From contig FR900145.1 of the NCBI GenBank assembly GCA_000437755.1, positions 50,242 through 114,241 of the forward strand: 64,000 nt of DNA. The letters run 5' to 3'. The notes below the pieces were generated by a model, which made no database searches, was not told where the DNA came from, and saw only the letters and a program-made list of their open reading frames with translations. Position numbers and translations under genes: made by a program. The DNA comes from Roseburia sp. CAG:303. Its GTDB lineage: Bacteria; Bacillota; Clostridia; Lachnospirales; Lachnospiraceae. Positions 59,820 through 64,000 of the stretch are shown piece by piece (position 1 is the stretch's first letter; every line of letters starts with the position of its first letter).

Positions 59820-59820
59820 G

Positions 59821-60966
59821 ATGTACGACTGTATTATTATAGGAAGCGGATGTGCCGGGGCTGTAACAGCCAATATACTGGCACAGAAAGGAAAGAAAGT
59901 ATTAGTAATTGAGAAACGTTCCCACATTGGCGGGAACTGTTATGATGAAAAAGAAGAGCACGGGATTCTGGTGCATAAATACGGCCCACATATTTTTCAT
60001 ACAAACAGCAGAAAAGTATATGATTATTTATCCAGGTATACCAGCTGGTATGATTATCGGCATGAAGTGGAAGGATATATACATGGACAGTATATACCGG
60101 TTCCGTTTAATCTGAATTCCCTGAAACTGGTATACGGGGAAGAAAAAGCAGCTGCTCTTACGGAGAAGCTGATCCGGGAATACGGGGAAGGAACGAAAGT
60201 ACCGATCTTAAAACTGCGGGAAAATGAAGATCCGGATATCCGGGCGATTGCGGAATATGTTTATCAGAATATTTTCCTTAAATATACCATGAAACAGTGG
60301 GGACAGAAGCCGGAAGAGATCGATCCGGCGGTAACGGGAAGAGTCCCGGTTCTGATTTCTTATGATAACCGTTATTTCCAGGATGCATACCAGGGAATGC
60401 CGGCGGATGGTTATACCCCGATGTTTGAGCATATGCTGGCGGATGAGAATATCGATGTCCTTACCGGAACCGATGCACTCGGGCTGTTGGACTTTACAGG
60501 AGAAAAAATTCTGTATCAGGGAAAGGAATTTGAAGGCCCGGTTATTTATACCGGTCCGATCGATGAATTATTCGGATGCTGTTTTGGAAGACTTCCATAC
60601 CGAAGTCTTAGATTTGCATCGGAATACTACGAAATAGACAGCTGGCAGCCGAAGGCGGTCATCAATTACACCGTAAGCGAGGAATACACCAGAATTACGG
60701 AATTTAAGAAACTCACGGGGCAGCAGTGCGATGGAACCGTGATTATGAGAGAATATCCGATGTCATATATGGCACAGCCGGGACAGATTCCGTATTATGC
60801 AATTATCAATGAAGAGAATAACCGGCTGTATGAGAAATACAGGCAGCAGGCAGGAAAGTATTCAAACCTTTACCTGCTGGGAAGATTGGCGGAATACAAA
60901 TATTACAATATTGATGCAATCGTGGAAAAAGCACTGGAAATGGCAGAACGCATCGGAGAGGAATAG
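59821..60966 (+). CDS. glf: UDP-galactopyranose mutase
   Basis: MYDCIIIGSGCAGAV... FAD fold; GPHIFHTN; 381 aa; ATG 59821 follows CPBP stop 59819. Confidence 0.9.
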   Translation: MYDCIIIGSGCAGAVTANILAQKGKKVLVIEKRSHIGGNCYDEKEEHGILVHKYGPHIFHTNSRKVYDYLSRYTSWYDYRHEVEGYIHGQYIPVPFNLNSLKLVYGEEKAAALTEKLIREYGEGTKVPILKLRENEDPDIRAIAEYVYQNIFLKYTMKQWGQKPEEIDPAVTGRVPVLISYDNRYFQDAYQGMPADGYTPMFEHMLADENIDVLTGTDALGLLDFTGEKILYQGKEFEGPVIYTGPIDELFGCCFGRLPYRSLRFASEYYEIDSWQPKAVINYTVSEEYTRITEFKKLTGQQCDGTVIMREYPMSYMAQPGQIPYYAIINEENNRLYEKYRQQAGKYSNLYLLGRLAEYKYYNIDAIVEKALEMAERIGEE

Positions 60967-60968
60967 AT

Positions 60969-61985
60969 ATGAAGTTATTAAGTGTAGCAGTACCATGTTA
61001 TAATTCACAGGACTATATGGAACATTGTGTGGAAACACTTGTCAGCGGCGGGGAAGAAGTGGAAGTGATCATTGTAAATGACGGATCAAAAGACGGAACG
61101 CATGATCTGGTAGTGAAATTAAGCGAAAAATATCCGTCCATCGTTACTTTCGTAGATCAGGAAAATGGCGGACATGGCGAAGCTGTCAATACCGGGCTTG
61201 CACATGCCAATGGTGTATTCTTTAAAGTGGTGGACAGCGATGACTGGGTGGATGAAGACGCATTGAAGAAAGTCTTAAATACCCTGCGCTATATGGTGGA
61301 ACATGAAAAGAACCTGGATATGCTTCTGGCAAATTTTGTGTATGACAAGCAGGGGGCAAAGCATAAGAAAGTTATGAAGTATAAGAATATATTTCCAGTG
61401 AAGCACATTACCCACTGGGAAGGATATGTGCATTTTCGTAAATCGCAGTATATTTTGATGCATTCCGTGATTTACCGCACACAGATGCTCCGGGAATGTG
61501 GATTAACACTGCCCGCACATACATTCTATGTGGATAACATCTTTGTATTTCATCCACTGCCATATGTAAAAAAGATTTGTTATATCGATGTGGATCTGTA
61601 TCATTATTTTATCGGCAGGGAAGATCAGTCCGTTAATGAGAGTGTAATGATATCAAGAATCGATCAGCATATCCGGGTTGCAAAAATCATGATACAGGAT
61701 TATCTTGGCATGGAAGTGGAAAGCAGGAATCTGGACCGCTATATGCTTCAGTATCTTGATATGATGATGTGCATTGCATCCATTATGCTTATCCGGGATG
61801 GAAGTGAGGAAGCACTTAGGAAAAAGGAAGCACTCTGGAAATGGTTGGAAGATACGGATCAGAAACTTTATCACAGGCTGCGCCATTCCGTATTCGGTGT
61901 GTGGATGAATCTTCCGGGAAAGGTTGGAAGAGGACTTTCCGTGGCTGGTTACAAGGCTGCACAGAAGATATTCGGATTTAACTAG
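60969..61985 (+). CDS. family 2 glycosyltransferase (probable galactofuranosyltransferase)
   Basis: LSVAVPCYNSQDYMEHCVETL...VIIVNDGSKDGT (GT-A DxD region); adjacent to glf. Confidence 0.75.
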   Translation: MKLLSVAVPCYNSQDYMEHCVETLVSGGEEVEVIIVNDGSKDGTHDLVVKLSEKYPSIVTFVDQENGGHGEAVNTGLAHANGVFFKVVDSDDWVDEDALKKVLNTLRYMVEHEKNLDMLLANFVYDKQGAKHKKVMKYKNIFPVKHITHWEGYVHFRKSQYILMHSVIYRTQMLRECGLTLPAHTFYVDNIFVFHPLPYVKKICYIDVDLYHYFIGREDQSVNESVMISRIDQHIRVAKIMIQDYLGMEVESRNLDRYMLQYLDMMMCIASIMLIRDGSEEALRKKEALWKWLEDTDQKLYHRLRHSVFGVWMNLPGKVGRGLSVAGYKAAQKIFGFN

Positions 61986-62049
61986 AATCGTCAAAAATGG
62001 GGATAAAAAAGATAAAATAAAAAAAATTGAAAAAATTGAAAAAAAGTTG

Positions 62050-62078
62050 TTGACAAATCCGGATTAAGAGTGTATACT
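62050..62078 (+). promoter_or_regulatory. consensus sigma-A promoter (TTGACA, 17 nt spacer, TATACT) with A-rich UP element driving tRNA genes
   Basis: aaaaaaaattgaaaaaattgaaaaaaagttgTTGACAaatccggattaagagtgTATACTac. Confidence 0.7.
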
Positions 62079-62112
62079 ACCAAAGTAGTCTGATGGAGGC
62101 GAACAAAGATGT

Positions 62113-62185
62113 GGGATCTTAGCTCAGCTGGGAGAGCATCTGCCTTACAAGCAGAGGGTCATAGGTTCGAGCCCTATAGGTCCCA
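62113..62185 (+). tRNA. tRNA-Val (anticodon TAC)
   Basis: Cloverleaf gggatct...agctcagctgggagagc...ctgccTTACAaggcag...ggttcgagccc...aggtccca; no encoded CCA. Confidence 0.85.
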
Positions 62186-62214
62186 TCCTTTTAAGTTTTG
62201 ATTAGGCGATATAT

Positions 62215-62288
62215 GGCTAAGTAGCTCAGTTGGCTAGAGCACGCGGTTCATACCCGCGGTGTCAGGGGTTCGAATCCCTTCTTAGCCA
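62215..62288 (+). tRNA. tRNA-Met (anticodon CAT; elongator Met or tRNA-Ile2 lysidine type)
   Basis: ggctaag tagctcagttggctagagc acgcggTTCATAcccgcg...ggttcgaatccc cttagcc a. Confidence 0.85.
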
Positions 62289-62301
62289 TTACGACATGGG
62301 A

Positions 62302-62336
62302 AGCTCCGGAACAGGGAATGTTCTGGAGCTTTTTGG
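62302..62336 (+). terminator. terminator after tRNA pair
   Basis: agctccggaac-aggga-gttctggagct followed by ttttt. Confidence 0.7.
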
Positions 62337-62393
62337 TGTAATGGAAAAAATCCGTTACAGAAGAACTCTGATGATGGAAGAAAAGAGGTATAT

Positions 62394-62942
62394 ATGAGAA
62401 TTGGAATGGGATATGATGTTCACAGACTGGAAGAGGGAAGAAAGCTGATACTTGGCGGTGTGGAAATTCCATATGAAAAAGGCCTGCTGGGACATTCTGA
62501 TGCGGATGTCCTGGTGCATGCCATCATGGATGCACTGCTCGGTGCGGCTGCACTGGGCGATATCGGAAAACATTTTCCGGATACCGATCCAAAATACAAG
62601 GGAATTTCGAGTATTCTCCTTCTGGAGCATGTGGGGAAATTACTGGAAGAACACTGCTATATCATTGGCAATATTGATGCGACCATTATCGCACAGCATC
62701 CGAAACTTGCTCCTTACCGGGAAGAAATGACGGAGAACATTGCAAAGGCACTTAAAATCAGAAAAGACCAGATTTGTGTGAAAGCAACCACAGAAGAGGG
62801 TCTTGGTTTTACCGGGCGGGGAGAAGGCATTGCATCGCAGGCGATCGCGCTGATCGAAACTGTTGAAAATTATATCTATGGGGATGGAATAACAGCAGGA
62901 AATACAGGCGGGTGTGCCAGCTGCGGCGGCTGCATGAGATAG
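62394..62942 (+). CDS. ispF: 2-C-methyl-D-erythritol 2,4-cyclodiphosphate synthase with ~22-aa Gly/Cys-rich C-terminal extension
   Basis: [12 protein letters not shown]...[33 protein letters not shown] is the IspF signature; tail ...[20 protein letters not shown]. Confidence 0.9.
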   Translation: MRIGMGYDVHRLEEGRKLILGGVEIPYEKGLLGHSDADVLVHAIMDALLGAAALGDIGKHFPDTDPKYKGISSILLLEHVGKLLEEHCYIIGNIDATIIAQHPKLAPYREEMTENIAKALKIRKDQICVKATTEEGLGFTGRGEGIASQAIALIETVENYIYGDGITAGNTGGCASCGGCMR

Positions 62943-62962
62943 GTGAGAACAGGAGATTTTTC

Positions 62963-63892
62963 ATGAGTAACTATGAATTAAAGGAAATGAAATATGAGGA
63001 TTACTGGGAATTAAGAGCATTATTTTCTTTAAGATATGCGCAGACCTGTGAGAATATTATCACAAATAGTTATATCTGGAAGGATTATTACAAAGCGAGA
63101 TACGTTACGGATGGAAAGGGGCTGTTCTGGATCTACAGGCTTCAGGACGAATACTTTACAGCTTCCCCGGTGTGTGCGGACAAAGATGTAAAAAAATACT
63201 TTGAAATGGCACAGGATTATTTTCATACAGAACGAAAGTGTAAGCTGGTGATGTATACCGTTGATGAAAAACTGATCCGGCAGCTTGAACTACTGATCCG
63301 GCAGCTTGACCTGCCGCAGGATCGCTATACGGTCGAAGAAGACAGAAGATATTTTGACTATGTCTACGATGCGGACGCATTAAGGCGGCTGGCAGGAAAG
63401 AAATACCATAAAAAGAAAAATCATGTAAATGCATTTTATAAAGAATATGAAGGCAGATATGAGTGCAGGGTAATGATGGCGGAGGATGCGGATATTATCA
63501 GTGAATACCTTGACAAATGGCATGCCATGAGAAATATTGAAGATGAGTATCACAGGGATGATTACGAACTGAAAGGAATAAAAGAGCTGATCCGGCATAG
63601 TAATGATATGAACCTTGATATGTTTGGAGTGTTTATTGATGGAAAATTAGAAGCATTTACACTGGGAACTTATCTGAAAAGAGAGGAAACAGCATATATT
63701 CATGTCGAGAAAGCAAATCCGGAGATCCGGGGGCTGTATCCGTTTATCAACCAGCAGTTTCTTATACACTGTTTCCCGACTGCAAAATGGGTTAACAGAG
63801 AAGATGATATGGGACTGGAAGGTCTGCGGAAAGCGAAAATGTCATACAACCCTGCATTTATGGCGAAAAAATATAATGTTTATGAAAAATAA
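62963..63892 (+). CDS. DUF2156 / lysyl-PG-synthase C-terminal domain-like protein (tentative)
   Basis: ~310 aa; GKKYHKKKNHVNAFYKEYEG pattern similar to the FemAB/MprF-C fold; RBS aggtgagaacaggag. Confidence 0.35.
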   Translation: MSNYELKEMKYEDYWELRALFSLRYAQTCENIITNSYIWKDYYKARYVTDGKGLFWIYRLQDEYFTASPVCADKDVKKYFEMAQDYFHTERKCKLVMYTVDEKLIRQLELLIRQLDLPQDRYTVEEDRRYFDYVYDADALRRLAGKKYHKKKNHVNAFYKEYEGRYECRVMMAEDADIISEYLDKWHAMRNIEDEYHRDDYELKGIKELIRHSNDMNLDMFGVFIDGKLEAFTLGTYLKREETAYIHVEKANPEIRGLYPFINQQFLIHCFPTAKWVNREDDMGLEGLRKAKMSYNPAFMAKKYNVYEK

Positions 63893-63912
63893 TACCGGAA
63901 AGTGAGGGCAGC

Positions 63913-64000
63913 ATGAGAATAGAACAACTGGAAGGAAAAGAACTGTATCGTACCAGACCACTATATCAGAGTATTTTTCGTGATACAGAATTATTTACGG
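63913..64000 (+). CDS. 5' fragment of an ORF (MRIEQLEGKELYRTRPLYQSIFRDTELFT...), unknown
   Basis: ATG 63913 with GAGGG RBS; runs off the window end. Confidence 0.3.
   Translation, partial: MRIEQLEGKELYRTRPLYQSIFRDTELFT

Noticed and set aside
59770-59820. Upstream start (MHFYLC...) for glf
   Set aside because: It would overlap the CPBP gene by 50 nt with no RBS. ATG 59821 sits directly after the CPBP stop with an upstream GGAGG and gives the canonical MYDCIIIGSGxAG FAD fold N-terminus.

Overview
This window looks like a chromosomal segment from a spore-forming Firmicute (Clostridia/Lachnospiraceae-like; GC about 40-45 %, GGAGG ribosome-binding sites, sigma-A-type promoters, a spoVA operon). 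That taxonomic placement is an inference from the sequence. It is mostly ordinary core genome. Housekeeping genes in order: purA 3' end, dagK-like kinase, sigA, gltB/gltD, typA, dapA/dapB behind a lysine riboswitch, argS, a tRNA-Val/tRNA-Met pair, ispF, glf plus a GT2. The sporulation spoVAA-AB-AC-AD-AE(B) operon sits on the minus strand, followed by a class A PBP. There is also an ABC-2/GldG/DUF4340 module. Accessory content comes in four parts. (1) Cytoplasmic-looking CAZymes: a PL11 rhamnogalacturonan-lyase-like protein co-transcribed with lgt, a GH36-Ig-GH43 fusion, and a GH43-like propeller. (2) Three tandem paralogous cell-surface proteins, two ending in an SPKTG sortase motif, downstream of a polyprenyl-phosphate sugar transferase. 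(3) A tightly packed 8-gene, single-strand locus at 19.3-32.9 kb driven by a perfect consensus sigma-70 promoter. It combines two sets of MalFG-type ABC permeases, a giant 1059-aa protein fused to a solute-binding domain, an NHL-TPR-Yip1 membrane protein, an ~870-aa secreted protein of unknown function and a lipoprotein SBP, with no ATPase gene. This is the best candidate for an uncharacterised system. (4) Unusual non-coding features: a ~200-bp structured element with nested direct and inverted repeats between sigA and the PL11 gene; a recurrent TAATTGCGAAA(T/C) palindromic motif shared with the spoVA/PBP divergent region; a phased 10-bp A-tract array; and a (TCATCG)n poly-Ser microsatellite. 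No CRISPR array, transposase, integrase or recognisable phage genes were seen.
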